From NCBI GenBank assembly GCA_030295235.1, contig AP026141.1, positions 620,001-684,000 on the forward strand: a stretch of 64,000 nt of DNA, read 5' to 3'. The notes under the pieces were generated by a model, which saw only the letters and a list, made by a program, of their open reading frames with translations, made no database searches and was not told where the DNA came from. Position numbers and translations under genes: made by a program. The DNA is from Fistulifera solaris. Its lineage: Eukaryota. This document shows positions 1-13,471 of this stretch, one piece after another (the first letter of the stretch is position 1; each line of letters begins with the position of its first letter).

Positions 1-589
1 TCCAGCTGAACGTATCCTCTTCGGCAAAAACGCTGTGTGCTGCGACTGCGAAAGGAGATTCGACATTGAAAGGTGCAGGGATAAGGGCTAAATGACGTTC
101 GAAGTGGAGAATCAAGACAGTAATTCGACGTTTCTTTCAAACATGTGTTTCACTTACACGCTACAACAAAAAGAACTAGTAGCGGGAGATTCTGGATTCG
201 AACAATCATAGCTCTGTCAAGGTGTTATGATGCTGATGATTGAAAACGTTTGTCGAGAGAGATTTTTGTCCGGATCGCACAGAGCGTCGAAAAATGAAGG
301 GCCAGCGAAAACGCTGATGACGAAACAGGCGGAATAGCCTACATAAAGAAGAATAGTGCCATTTAGAAGCGAATACCAATGACTGCATCACTTATGTCCT
401 ATGACCCGAAAGTGGGAAGAATGAGGCCCTATGCATTTTCTGAATATAATAATTGGCTGACGACGACTCAACACTCAACTCGTTTGCAGTCCCGACTCCC
501 GACCGTGTCGACAGTGTCGACAGCATGCAATAAATGAAAGAGAGCATGATGAAACGAAAGTAACAAGAAATTCCAATAGCGAACAGTTG

Positions 590-1122
590 CAATTCCGGTA
601 ATTCTGGAAAATCGGTGATTGCCGTCAAACAGAATTTCTATAACTTTCCAGAAATTCTGGAATTGGTGTTTGCGATCGTAGCAAAACTTTTCGGTCGTTC
701 CAGAAAATTTAATATCGATGTTTGCGATCATACAGAAATATTGCGGCCGTTCCAGGAATTCTGGAATCGGTTTGTGCGATCATACAGAAATTCTCTGGCA
801 TTTCCAGAAATTCTGGAAAATCGGTGATTGCCGTCAAACAGAATTTCTGTACCACTCCAGAAATTCTGGAATTGGTGTTTGCGATCATAGCAAAACTTTT
901 CGGTCGTCCAGAAAATTTAATATCGATGATTGCGATCATACAGAAATATTGCGGCCGTTCCAGGAATTCTGGAATCGGTTTGTGCGATCATACAGAAATT
1001 CTCTGGCATTTCCAGAAATTCTGGAAAATCGGTGATTGCCGTCAAACAGAATTTCTGTACCACTCCAGAAATTCTGGAATTGGTGTTTGCGATCATAGCA
1101 AAACGTTTACGTCGATCCAGAA
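590..1122. repeat. Tandem repeat, ~208-bp unit built of four ~52-bp subunits (higher-order repeat), ~2.5 units
   Basis: CTGGAAAATCGGTGATTGCCG recurs at 604, 813 and 1021. Each unit holds four TCCAG(A/G)AA..-type subunits, three with the near-palindrome TCCAG(A/G)AATTCTGGA. Confidence 0.95.
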
Positions 1123-1185
1123 AATAACATGCTACCGCGTTACGGTGAATAACGTCGCAGTAATCTATTGTGTTAACTTTGACTA

Positions 1186-4100
1186 TCACTTTCTGTCAGC
1201 TTTGCGAGCCGACGCATGGCTGGCTTCGAGCAGTCGAAAAGCAATTGATGCGACCAAAATGATCGCACTTCCAAGCCAGCTAATATACCACTCAAAGACA
1301 CTCAAGAAAAGAATGCTGGCTACCCACAGCACAATCTGTAACGGCGTACCCATTTTTAAAAAAGTCGGTGTACTTGTAACCTCCCGGTCCGTAAATCAGC
1401 AAGTTTGTCGTATAACCATAAGGTGTCATGAAACTTGCGGAAGCACCAGCATGAGAGCGTAACTCATCAGAGATCGATCAATACCCGCACTTTCCGCAGC
1501 ATTCATGGCAACAGGGAAGAGCAAAGCAGCAGCGGCGTTGTTTGTCAAGACACTGCTGATCAAAAACGTCGCAAAATAAACTGCACCTAACAAACCTGCA
1601 TCGCCGATTCCCATCGCAGTGCCAACGTCGACAAGGAAATTTGCAATAATGTCTGCGACACCTGAGTTCATGAGAGCTGTACCGATACCGAACGCCGACG
1701 CAATGATCACGTAAATATCCCAGTTGACTGAGTCTCTGGCCTCCTGCTCCGACATAATTCCGATTGCCACCATGCAAAAAGAAGCAACAAGACCACAAAC
1801 AACCAACTCTGCTACACCGGCGGAGAATACAGCCAACATCGTCACGGTGATAATGAGGGCTGGAATAAGCAACGATAGACGAGGAGGGGCCGAATCTTCA
1901 ACCTCTGCGAGCAGTGCAAACGACCGGTCATGTTCAGCGGTTTTCGTTATAAAAGACGGACCGGCTTCGAGCAACAAAACATCACCGGCTTGCAATTTAA
2001 CTTGACCGGGATGATCATGAACTCGTTTCCCTTCGCGGTGGACGGCAATAACAGCTGCACCATAGCGCGAGCGGAAACGCATTTCCTTGACAGTGTGACC
2101 AACCAAGGCACCGTTGCGAGCCACAACGGCTTGCACTAGACGACGATCGAATATCTTGTCCTCAATCTTTCCGACTTCTTTACTTTCATACGAACGCAAT
2201 CCAGGAATCTTACGCAAATCACCAACGGACGCGGCACTTCCGCTGAACCAGAGAATATCACCCTCTTGAAGTGGGTCATCTTTCGTAATCGCGACCATCG
2301 AGAAATTTTGGACACTGTTCTTATCACTCTGAGACAACGCATCGTTCACGCTTGATTTGCCACCTTGCACCTTGCAAACGCCACCAGGAGTTGGGCGATC
2401 AATCGTTACAAGATAGATTCCAGGAAGCCTAGTGATGGCAAGCTGATTGGCAGTCTTGCCAATAAAACCTGATTTCTCGGCAACCGCCATAGCTGTTAAG
2501 AATTCACGCGTCTCTCCAGACTGTGGCGTCAACACCTGCAGATCTTTCCAAGCGGCTTCGACAACGGCGGCATGTTCCACGTCCCCGTCGAAATCGTCAG
2601 CAGCTGCAGCGTCATTCGTCTTGTTCCCACGTTTAGCGGCTAACTTTCCAAGACTTAATGCTGATCCAGATTTTGAAACAGCTTTCTCCTCCAGATAGAA
2701 GTCAGCCGGTGGGTCGAGAAGTAGCGGAGAGCCTTCCTTGGCTTGCAGCACAAGCACATCACCTTCTTGGAATTGATTTCCCGGATCGACGACTAGCGCG
2801 GCCTTGTATAAATGGTTAAAATTAATTTCCGAGGCCATCTTTCCCTCCAAACGTGAACCTTTGCGAACTTGGGCGCGTAACACACGTAGACCTCGTTGCT
2901 TCGCAACGCCTCCATCGGCAGATAACAATGCATTCAAGACACTCCAGATTTGATCCAAGTCCGGTAAATCCTCTACTTGAATGGCCTCTGTACGCCAGAT
3001 GGAAAGTGAACGACTGCCTCGGACCGCAGCCTCCGTGTGGCGCAGCTCCAGGCCCAGTTTCAGCAAACCCTTCGAAATGTCCAGCAATAGACCCGGACGG
3101 TCGGGAGCATCCACACCCACCACAACAATGTCTCCATCCATACTCACAACGATACTGGCGGGAGCGCCTTGCATACCTGGATCGCCTTCTTTATCTCCGC
3201 GAATCACGTCTGTCATTCGGTGAATACTGCGCAAGCGTTCTTCATCGTCAGCGTCCAGCAGAGACTCCTTCGTGGTACCAACTTGAAGGCCTATTAAATT
3301 CTTGCCAGGATTAACAACGTCTTGTTCTGTTACGAAGGTAGTGTTATCGACCCCTCCCGGTGCGTCTTTGATTTCAGTCTCGTTCGTGACCATTTCGAGG
3401 CCGTGCTCTTCACAAAAGTCACCGAAGGACTCCACTAGGCCAGTAAAATAAAGGGTATCTCCGGCGTTCACCACAAAGTCTCTTGACACGGCACGGTGGA
3501 TGTTTCCGGTCTCCGCACGAAGGACACTGACCAAGTAGATGCCGCCCGTATCACGCAATCCACTGCGCTGGACCGTTCGTCCGGCCGCGGGCGACCATGC
3601 CGTAACACGGGCACCCAACAAAATGGCATCCTGATCATCTTGTTCAATTTTTCCGGGTAACAGATAGGGACTGAACAAAATGACATAGGCGATCCCCACC
3701 ATGGCCACGGGCACTCCGTACACACCCAAATCAAACAAACTAATCGGCACTTCATCCCCATATCGATCTTCGAGAAGACCTGTCACCACCAAGTTGGTCG
3801 ACGTACCGATCAAAGTACATGTTCCTCCAAAAATACTTCCCCACGAAAGTGGAATGAGCAATTGCTGCTTGGGAAGACCGATATTCTTGGCCCAGCGCTG
3901 AATGATCGGTAGCATCACGACGACAATCGGTGTATTGTTCAAAAAAGCACTCACAATTGTGATGGGAATTAAAATACGCAACTGCGCACTCGCAATGCTC
4001 TTGGGGGATCCCAGTAATTTAGCCATGTACCAATCGAGTGCGCCCGTTTTCGAAATCCCTTCCGCAACAACAAACAGCACCATCACGGTAATGAGACCGG

Positions 4101-4362
4101 TATTCGCAAAGCCCGCGAGACCTTCCTTGACGGTAATAATCCCCGCCACCATGAACATAGTCATGGCAATGAGCATAATATGATCGGCACCAATGCGATC
4201 GGTGATGAGAGCGGCAAACATGACGACAATGACTACCGACGTGTACACAATTTCCCAGGTTTCGTCATCTTCTTTCGTTTCGGTGGCTTCCTCTAAATGC
4301 CGCTGATGCGCGCCGCAGGGACCGTACGACGAAGAGACTTCGTCGAATTGAAAAGGGAACAT
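1186..4362 (-). CDS. SLC13/SLT-type Na+/anion (sulfate-like) symporter with TrkA_C repeats and an ACT domain; paralog 1
   Basis: ORF 1426-4389 has [24 protein letters not shown], TrkA_C-like repeats ([17 protein letters not shown]), [11 protein letters not shown] and ACT-like [13 protein letters not shown]. The C-terminus ([16 protein letters not shown]...RKADRK*) is recovered across two homopolymer indels near 1447 and 1355. Start taken as MFPF at 4362, matching paralog 2. Confidence 0.85.
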
Positions 4363-4950
4363 GATGAAATATAATTGCGTAAAAGACAAGTCAGAGGAAT
4401 GATGAGCAAATGGTATGCAAGATCTCCGCTTCGCAATACTGTTGCCTTTTTTAGGTGAGGCGACGATGGAGGGAGGAGCTCGTTCTCTCCGTAGTGATGC
4501 GTAGAATTTCTACGCAGAAGTAGAGCGACGGAAACGGTTTGCAGCTTGACACGATAGACGTCAGCGAAACGTAAAACAATTGCACATCCTGTACTTCTGT
4601 CTGTCGTACAGGTTACTCTTCTATGTCTTCGTTTGTACACACAGATTCTCACCCAACGGTCGACTTTTTCACCTTTCTCATGGACATAGCCTTTTTTGTA
4701 AACACGAACCAACCCTTTCTACAGATCACATACTTGTAGTTGTATTGCTTATCTCAGATCCCAGTAGTTTATCTTCTCATCCCTAACAAACTGTTTGAAA
4801 GAGCAAGCCTTCGCGGGTGGCGGCTGACTGAGTCGCTCACTATTAGTTGACGCAATGCCGATCGGATGAAGGAAAATGAAAAACAAGAGATAACCTTCGA
4901 CTGACAAAATGATCAAGAGTTTTCATTAAAATAACTTATTTTGTTGCAAG

Positions 4951-7900
4951 TTACTTGGCTTTGCCATCATTCTTTTGACGAGAATCACCCAGAAGACGGA
5001 ACGCCGCAACAGCAACCAGGATGACGGCACTGGCAATCCAGCTAATGTACCAATCCACGACAGTCAAGAACAAGACACCACAGATCCACAACAACAGTTG
5101 CAAGGGGACGCCAAAGCGAACAAAGTCACCAAAGGTGTATCCTCCAGGTCCATAAATCAACAAGTTTGTGGTATAACCATAGGGAGTCATGTAATCCGAG
5201 GCGCTCAACATCAGTGCATAACTCATCAAAGATCGATCAATACCAGAGGTGTCCGCGACGTTCATGGCAATCGGGAACAACAAGGCAGCTGCTGCGTTGT
5301 TCGTCAAGACACTGCTGATCAGGAAGGAAGCAAACATGATGGCTCCTACCAATCCCGCATCACCGAGGTTGATCGCTGTGCCAATGTCGATCAAGAAGTC
5401 CGCTAGAACGTCCGCTAGACCCGAATTCATCATACCGGTACCGATACCGAAAGCGGATCCGATAATGACGTAGATATCCCAGTGGAGTGAATCACGTGCT
5501 TCTTGCTCGGACATGCAGCCAATGGCCACCATCACGAAGGACGCCAAAAGGCCACCCACGACCAAATCAATAAGTTCTGCGGTGTAGGTCGCCAACATTG
5601 CCGCGGTAATCAACACAGCCGGAATAATCAAACTCAGACGAGGAGGCGCCGAGTCTTCAACTTCGGCGAGCAAAGCGAATGACCTATCGTGTTCAGAGGT
5701 CCGGGAAAGAAATGTTGGCCCCGCTTCGAGCAATAACACATCACCAGCTTGTAACTTGATCTGACCCGGGTGGTCGTGAACTCTTTTTCCTTCGCGGTGA
5801 ACTGCAATGACGGCTGCTCCATAGCGCGAGCGGAAGCGCGCTTCCTTGACCGTGTGACCCACTAGGGCGCCACTTCGAGCAACAACGGCCTGCACCAGGC
5901 GACGCTCAAACACCGTATCCTCAATCTTTCCGACTTCGTCGCTTTCGTACGAACGCAAGCCGGGAATCTTACGCAAGTCACCAAGAGCCGATGCGCTTCC
6001 ACTGAACCAAAGAATGTCTTCTACTTGAAGCGGATCGTCTTGGGTGATAGCGATGGAGGACACGTGCTGGTCACTTCTGTCGAAGTCAGAAAGCGCCTTG
6101 TCCATACTAGTCTTGCCACCTTGCATCGTAAGGTTGGTTCCTGCTGATATTGGACGATCAATACTGACAAGGTAAACAGCGGGGAGTCTCGTGATACCAT
6201 GTTGATTAGCCGACTTTCCGACTAGGCCTGATTTATCAGCCACGGCCATGGCCGTCAAGAATTCTAGACCCTCCTCAGCTCGTGGTGTCACAACCTGCAA
6301 ATCTTTCCAAAGCGGCTTCCACGCCAGCGGCATTTTCAACGTCGCTTTCGTGGGAAGAAGAGGCTGCATCCCCGTCCATACGACCGGAACGCCCAGATAC
6401 TAAGCTTCGCAACACCGACTTTGAAGATGACTTGTCGTCCAGATTCTTATAGAAATCAGCCGGTGGGTCGATAAGAAGCGGAGAACCTTCCTTTGCTTGC
6501 AACACCAGCACATCACCTTCTCTCAAATGATTCTTCGGAACAACAACCAATGCAGCTTTGTAGAGCTCATTGAAGTCGAGTTCAGATGCACCTTTTCCCT
6601 CCAAGCGCGACCCCTTGCGAACCTGGGCACGAAGCACCCGCAAGCCTCTCTGCTTAGCGACACCGCCATCAGTCGAAAGTAGAGCGTTTAACACACTCCA
6701 GATCTTTTCCAAGTCGGGCAAATTCTCGGACTGGATGGTCTCTGTTCGCCAGATCGACAAAGAACGAGTACCCTTCACAGCTGCCTCCGTGTGATGCAGC
6801 TCGAGTCCAAGTTTCAACAAAGCTTTGGAAATATCCAGCATCAATCCGGGACGATCGCGTGCATTAACACCCACAACAACAACATCTTCATCCATGCTCA
6901 CGACGATGCTGGGCGGAGCACCTTGCATATCTAAGTCGGTGTCTTTCGCTCCCCGAATTAGATCCGTCATTCGGTGAATATTGCGCAAGCGCTCAATTTC
7001 GTCGGCGCCCAACAACGACTCCTTTGTGGTACCCACTTCTGTCAAATCCGTGGACGGGGCACTGTTGATCCCCTCTGTTTCATTCGTCAGAATTTCCAGA
7101 CCATGTTCCTCGCAAAACTCGCCGAAGGATTCGACTAATCCGGTGAAATAAAGAGTATCCCCAGCATTCAACACAAAGTCTCTCGAAACGGCACGGTGGA
7201 TGTTTCCGGTCTCCGCACGAAGGACGCTAACCAAATAAATACCACCCGTTTCACGCAAGCCACTGCGTTGCACGGTGCGTCCCGCTGCCGGAGACCACGC
7301 CGTGACGCGAGCACCCAACAGAATGGCATCATCCTCTTGTTCCAACTCTCCCGGAAGAAGAAACGGACTAAAAAAACAAAACGTACGCGATACCGATGAA
7401 CGCGAGCGGCACACCGAATTCTCCCAAATCAAACAATCCGATTTTGACTTCGTTTCCGTAGCGTTCTTCAATCAAGCCGGATACTACCAAGTTGGTCGAA
7501 GTACCAATCAAAGTGCAGGTACCACCGAAAATGGCAGCGAACGACAGCGGAATGAGCAACTGCTGTCGCGGCAAACGATTGTTTTTGGCCCACTGCAGGA
7601 TGACCGGCAGCATCACGACGACAATGGGAGTATTGTTCAAAAAAAGCACTCAAAAACGTAATGGGAAGTAGAATGCGAAGTTGTGCACTCGCGACGTTTT
7701 TCGGAGAACCGAGCAATTTGGACATGTACCAATCGAGTGCGCCCGTTTTCGAGATACCTTCCGCAACTACAAAGAGAATCATCACAGTGATCAAGCCACT
7801 ATTTGCAAAGCCCGCGAGACCTTCTTTTACGGTAATGATTTCCGCTACCATCAACATCGTCATAGTGATTAACATGACATGATCGGCTCCGATCCGCTCC

Positions 7901-8049
7901 ATCACGAGACCGACAAACATGAGAATCAATACGACGGATGCATAGGCAACTTCCCATGTTTCTTTCGGAGCTTCGGCTTCCTCTTCAAGATGACGACGAT
8001 GGACGTCGCAAAGACACTTTCCCGTGTCTTCGGTTGATAAAGGAAACAT
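4951..8049 (-). CDS. SLC13/SLT-type symporter with TrkA_C and ACT domains; tandem paralog 2
   Basis: ORFs 7468-8049, 7368-7649, 6275-7471 and 4951-6369 are consecutive pieces colinear with paralog 1. The breaks sit in A/T runs at ~7640, ~7372 and ~6310. Confidence 0.85.
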
Positions 8050-9080
8050 GATCTAGCAAAGAATGAAAGAAACAAAGCAATGGAGAACAGTTTTGTCTTT
8101 CTCTCTGTTTTTATGAAAACAAAGGGAGCCGTTGCCGTTTTTGTTGCTCCATCATCCATTATCATCAGCCGCGGAAAACGTTCAAGGACCTCGCAGTCGA
8201 TTTCTCCAGACAAACCGTGGTGCGCACTGGCAAGAAATATCTCCGAAGACCTCGTATATGCATTGTATCCATGTCTTGTCATCGTTGTTCTTTTGTTCTT
8301 TATACGGAAAGTAACGGTAAAATAACGCACATATAATCGGTCCGAAAGCAGTCACTGTCATAACACATGTACAGACAACAGACACCGACAAAGAGCCGAC
8401 CCGCGATCCGCGATAATTTAAATCACGAATCATCATCATTACCTATGGTACCGGTACGTACCAAAACGAGTTGTCAAGTCGCCACTTTGACCTCTGACCT
8501 AACACCTCTACCAGGTGTGGACGTTACTTCCTTGAAAAAAATAGAACAACTCAATCTGGTCTGAATGGCCATGTGTTCAACTGCAGTTTCGACGAAGCTT
8601 GATCTCCGTACCGTTGCTTGTGTATCTTGTTCGTTTCTGCAAAAACCACGTTCCTCAAATAATCACAAACATAGAATAGTGATGATTCGGTTCTCTTGTG
8701 GAAATAGGACATAAGCATAGTAAATTCTAAACATTTTGTTGTTGTAACGTTGCCTTTGGTGAACTATCATCCAGCAATGAACTAGCGGGAAGTTCGTTTC
8801 GAGGAATTGGATTTATGTAACCCGGTTTCAGACTAGAGAGGCAACCCCGAAGTAGCAGCCTTGCAATCCACCCTCAAAAAAGTTCGATATCAAGAAATAC
8901 AAAGTAGGGAGAAAACAGTAAGGTAACGTTTCGGCTTGAGTTGTAACGAGTGACAATAGGGGACCCACACGACAATATTATGCGCTATCACTCATCTTCA
9001 ACTACCAAGTTTCAACAAATCATAAGTTACACTCAACTATATGTCCGAAACATTTTCCTAGAAAGAGAAGTTATTGAACT

Positions 9081-10008
9081 TTACTGCTCATCTGGGAAAA
9101 GAATAGCTCGGATCGATGGCAACAATTCTTCATACACCAAGTTCAGTCGACTCGCCATGGTGTTGTCGCAAACAATCTTTCCGTTCAAAGCCGTCAACAA
9201 GACCCCACCGTACGTGTTTTCTTGCAAATCTTTCGAACGATCCGTGTTCAACGTGACGACCGGTGAAGGGTCACACCCGACTCTCGCTTCAAAATATCGA
9301 CATATTCCTTCACGGCAGCCGGTAAGATCTTTTCCACGACCGCCACATCTTCCGAGCGACAAAAGATGACGACTTCATTCTCTTCAATCTTGATGAGACC
9401 CTGCACGATCAATTTTTGCAACAACTGCGGATAGTTCTGACCCCGAGCCACCACGGCGCAGCGGGCGCCCGCATCACTGATCAATTTGTTTAACAGATCG
9501 TCCCGAATTTTCATTTTCTTGACCCGCGTTTCACCAATTTCGGTCGAACGAGCGATGCGTTCTTGAATTTCCCGATCCTTTTCCTTTTTGGCGAAATCTT
9601 CCTGAATGGCCAATTTGGCCTCATGTACCAACGTTTGTTTCTCCAAGTTAAAGTCGTGTTCCGTCTAGAGGGTATTGAGTATGATGGGTAATGATAATTC
9701 ATACAAATGGGAGCAGGTAGGTTGGTAGGCGAAAAGAAAACACCGTTGATCAGAACGTAGACGAGGATAATAGGGTGAAAATTACAGAGTTCGCCAAATG
9801 AATCGAGAGGACAAAGAGAGATCAAGAAAAGGTAAAAGACGCGTGAGACTCTGTTTCGCTATCCGAGGTTTTCACTCTACAGCAGGGTAGAATAATCCCA
9901 TTATCGTCACATGCGGCGACGTACCTTGACACGAATTTCGTTGGCTTTTTCGTGAGCCTCTTGGAGAATAAAATTCACCATTTGTCGAATTTGATCTGCG
10001 GCTGCCAT
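9081..10008 (-). CDS. VHA-E: V-type H+-ATPase subunit E
   Basis: Exon 1 MAAADQIRQMVNFILQEAHEKANEIRVK, GT-AG intron 9665-9924, then TEHDFNLEK... and C-terminal GGVLLTALNGKIVCDNTMASRL...IRAILF. One apparent indel near 9270. Confidence 0.93.
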
Positions 10009-10579
10009 AGTTCCTTTTTATACGTTTCAAATAATAATAGTAAAGATAATACGAAAGTAATACGAAAGTTATTTCCTTTTCACAAGACAACTCTTTTGTT
10101 GCATCGCATGGGCGAAGGAAACGTGCGCGGCAACGGCTACTTTTGGAAGCGAACATGGTGCGAAAAAAAGAAAGCGGTTGGCGATGAATTTGTGTACACT
10201 GTGTGCCGGATTCGAAGGTTTGTATTTGGGCTCTACAGAGTTGAATAGGTTGTATACATCTTTATGAACGGAAACTGCTCATACAATGTAGCTCGTTCTG
10301 CTTTAAAAAGCCTTTAAGTAAGTAACCTCAAAGGTCATAGTGTATAGACAATAATGTAGATTACTTTTTCTTCACTTTCCGTTGACAGCCTCGACAGTCC
10401 GCAATGCGCAAAGCGGAGAAAGACGATAAAAGCGAGGTTGTTGCTGTTGTTATTGCAGGGTCTCATTAATCTTCCTGGAATCATTAGACTAGTAGATCAA
10501 GTCTTTCATTCATTTCTGAAATAATTCAAGACGAAACTGATAATACACTAAAAGTAAGGACACAAAATTAACAATTACC

Positions 10580-11487
10580 ATGAGCGACCGACCTAAAGGA
10601 CCGCTGGGAATCGATCCTCTCAATTTTTCCGCATTCATGTTTGTCGTATTGGTGGCGTTCGTTCTTTATCTTTTATTACCACGAGGCATTCGAAAGCATT
10701 ATTTTGGTGCTTATCCAAAGCGACATGCTTGGTCGGCGCGGCCGAAAGCACGCAATGGGCGTCCTGCGTCGATTGGGGGCGGAATGGTAAGAAGTCATCA
10801 AAAGAGAAATAAATATCGGACGACAAACAGTATATCAGGTCTCATCTTTGCGATCTTTTATTCTCTTCCGTCTCACAGTCAACAACAGGAAGTGTTTCCA
10901 TACAATCGGCACCCTTTTCCTCACAAAGCACTTCACACAACAATGTCGATTACAATCCACAACAGCAACAGCAACAACGCCTCGAACAGAACGATGAAAT
11001 TGTCGTCAGTGCGGCGATGCAACAATTGCGCGATCCGGGAGTGTTAATTGTCGCCCACGGCAGTCGCGGCAAACCGAAAACAGTGCGATTGCAATTGACG
11101 GAAAGTGCCATTACGTGGCGGACGGAAACCCGCAAGAAACGAGAATTCAAACCCAAATTGGGCAAGCTGCATCAAGTGCCGTTGTCTCATATCATGTACG
11201 TCGATGTCGGAAAACAAACGACGGCGTTGCGGAGAGTCGAAAATGCGGCCGTCAGTGAAACGTTGTGTTTTTCCTTGCTCACCAAAGAAGGTTCACTCGA
11301 TTTGGAGGCCAACTCACAACGAGAACGGGATGCTCTCGTCTCGTGCTTTTCGTTGGTGTTGGATGAAGTGCACGCACAAAATTGGAGAGATATTTACCGA
11401 GGTCCGAGTAGTGATATGCCATCCTCCTTTGATGAAATGGATCCGAACGCGGCTGCCGCAGAAGACGTTATGATGAACAAAGTATAA
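10580..11487 (+). CDS. N-terminal transmembrane protein with a C-terminal PH-like domain
   Basis: TM segment FMFVVLVAFVLYLLL. Intron 10787-10878 (GTAAG...CACAG) joins in frame to ORF 11017-11487, which has PLC-PH-like motifs (VDVGKQTTALRR, CFSLLTKEGSLDLEANSQRERDALV). Confidence 0.7.
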
Positions 11488-11676
11488 AAAACAAAATCAT
11501 TGCGTTCCGCGCCTTACGGCTCCCCCCGTTTCTGATGGTGCTGTTTGATGCGTAAAGTACATCTCTAAAGTATTTTTCTTGGTATAAATTTGACTTGTAA
11601 ACGTTCCAGTTTGGTTTCGCGTTGTTTCTGATGCCGTTTGATGCGCTAAATACATTTCTATAGTAATTTTGTGGTA

Positions 11677-13471
11677 CTACTTGGATTTTACTTGTAAACG
11701 TTGCAGTTTGGCCTCGCGTTGTTTCTGTTTCCATTCGAGTCGCTTGGCGCGTTTCTTAGCGTGTTTGTCATCGGCATCGCTCTCCTTAACAGCCACGTCT
11801 TTCACTCCTGATATTTTGCTGCTTCGTGTTTTCTTCGAATTTTGCGACGATGACGCGTCGTCGGCAGTCTTTCTCTTCCCATTCTTCTTGCGATCCAAAT
11901 TGGTGTCGCATTGGGACGATATTGACTCTTTGGGTGTTTTTTCATTACCCGTTCTGTTCTTTTCCGATTTGTTTGTTGCTTCCATAGTTTGTTTCTTACT
12001 CTCCTTTGCCATTGTGGCAAATGTATTGGGAGTGTAAACAGGTAACCCCAGAACTTTCGCCTGTTTTTGAATGGCCTTTCGTGGCAAAGAAGCATCCTGC
12101 TTCGACATCGAGTGTAAAGAGGAGCGCGCCAAACAACACACAAAGAAGCCATTCGTTTCATCTTCCAGTGGATCGACTCGAATCATGTGCTTTTCGTCGG
12201 TATCCTTGCTGCTGGCTTGTCCACGCCGTTTCCAATGCGCCAAAGCGGGGGGAGGGACTACATGCCAAGTCGATGGTAATTCCGCCAAGACGCGATGGAC
12301 TACGTTTTCATTTTCTTCCGCATTCACAGAACAGGTAGAATAGACAATATATTCCACTTGCGGAAATGAACAGGCATGTAGTAGCGCCTTGTATTGAAAG
12401 TACGACAGCTTTTCCAATCGTTCTTCTCCTTCATTCTCCTTCTCCGTCAAATGTTTCAATCCTTTGTCTCTCATCCCCGAACCAGAACACGTTGGATCCA
12501 GCAATATTCCACGTACGTTGAGATATTCCTTCGGATTCACAGTCAAAAAGTCTTGTTGCTTCGTCTGGATCAAGACACGATCGTCTCCATTGACCAGCGC
12601 CTCACACCGACGTTGCAACAATGCGTGCCGCTGTTTATCCCGATCCAAGGCGTGTATTGTGCATGGTTTCTGTTGGGTACCTGCCATAAATTGACTCGCC
12701 AAGGCGGCCAAATGAGTCGTTTTGTTCCCTGGGGCCGCACACGCGTCCATTAATTCCCAAGATTGGAAACGGGGGTCCGCGGACAGTAATGACACGAGAC
12801 ATAGTGCCGGGAAACAGGATGATTTGTCTTGCAATACAATCGATGTTTGTGGGTTCCATTTGCCTTTCTCTTTCTTGTCAGCATCGCCGGCCGTATGACT
12901 CAAAATCAAAGCGGTGGCGGACGGAGGTACCACCAACAAGTCGGAAACATGCGCATCCAGATAAATTGTGAAGTTTGCATCATCACTCATGATGGAACGC
13001 AACACATCTACCACTTGTTGTGTCGTGTTTTGACACGTGTTGACACGAATGTAACGGGGCCACGTATCGTCGTCGCTAGTCTCTTCTCCTGGACTCGAAG
13101 CTTGAATTTGCCGCAAATGCTTTCGCAATGCTGCTTCCTGTTGTGTCAATTGTCGTTTTAACTTTCCACCGCCACGAATACTTTGGTTGGGTCCTAATAA
13201 CAGCTCATACAATAAAACATACAACAATCCTTCGTTCTGCACGGTCACTGCTGGATTCTGGTGGACGTGTTTCTTCCACACCGCTTGCAAGGTCGGCAAA
13301 TGCTTTTGTACGTGACAAGCTTGTGCATACGTTGTTTTGGAGCATTTCAATTGTCCCGTCTTGTCATCAAAGACCAAACTTTTGAGACTCTTTTTTCGTT
13401 TCGACTGATCGGATTGTTCCCACAATTGATTCAGTAAAAGTCGCCGCCGGCTGATACGGAGAGGATGACAT
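11677..13471 (-). CDS. NSUN5: rRNA cytosine-C5 methyltransferase, NSUN5/Rcm1 family
   Basis: PRYIRVNT, LQDKSSCFP, DACAAPGNKT, LLDPTCSGSG, IVYSTCSV..EENE, TNGFFV and a Lys-rich tail. The start at 13471 needs one indel near 13437. Confidence 0.9.

Noticed and set aside
165..250. tRNA-like GTTCGAATCC (minus strand) followed by a T run
   Set aside because: The T-stem does not pair (GATTG/CCAGA), and no acceptor or anticodon arms could be built.
468..1462. Overlapping ORFs across the 208-bp repeat (also those at 24.6-24.9 kb and 36.5-37.0 kb)
   Set aside because: They are translations of tandem repeat DNA in several frames with no protein-like features.
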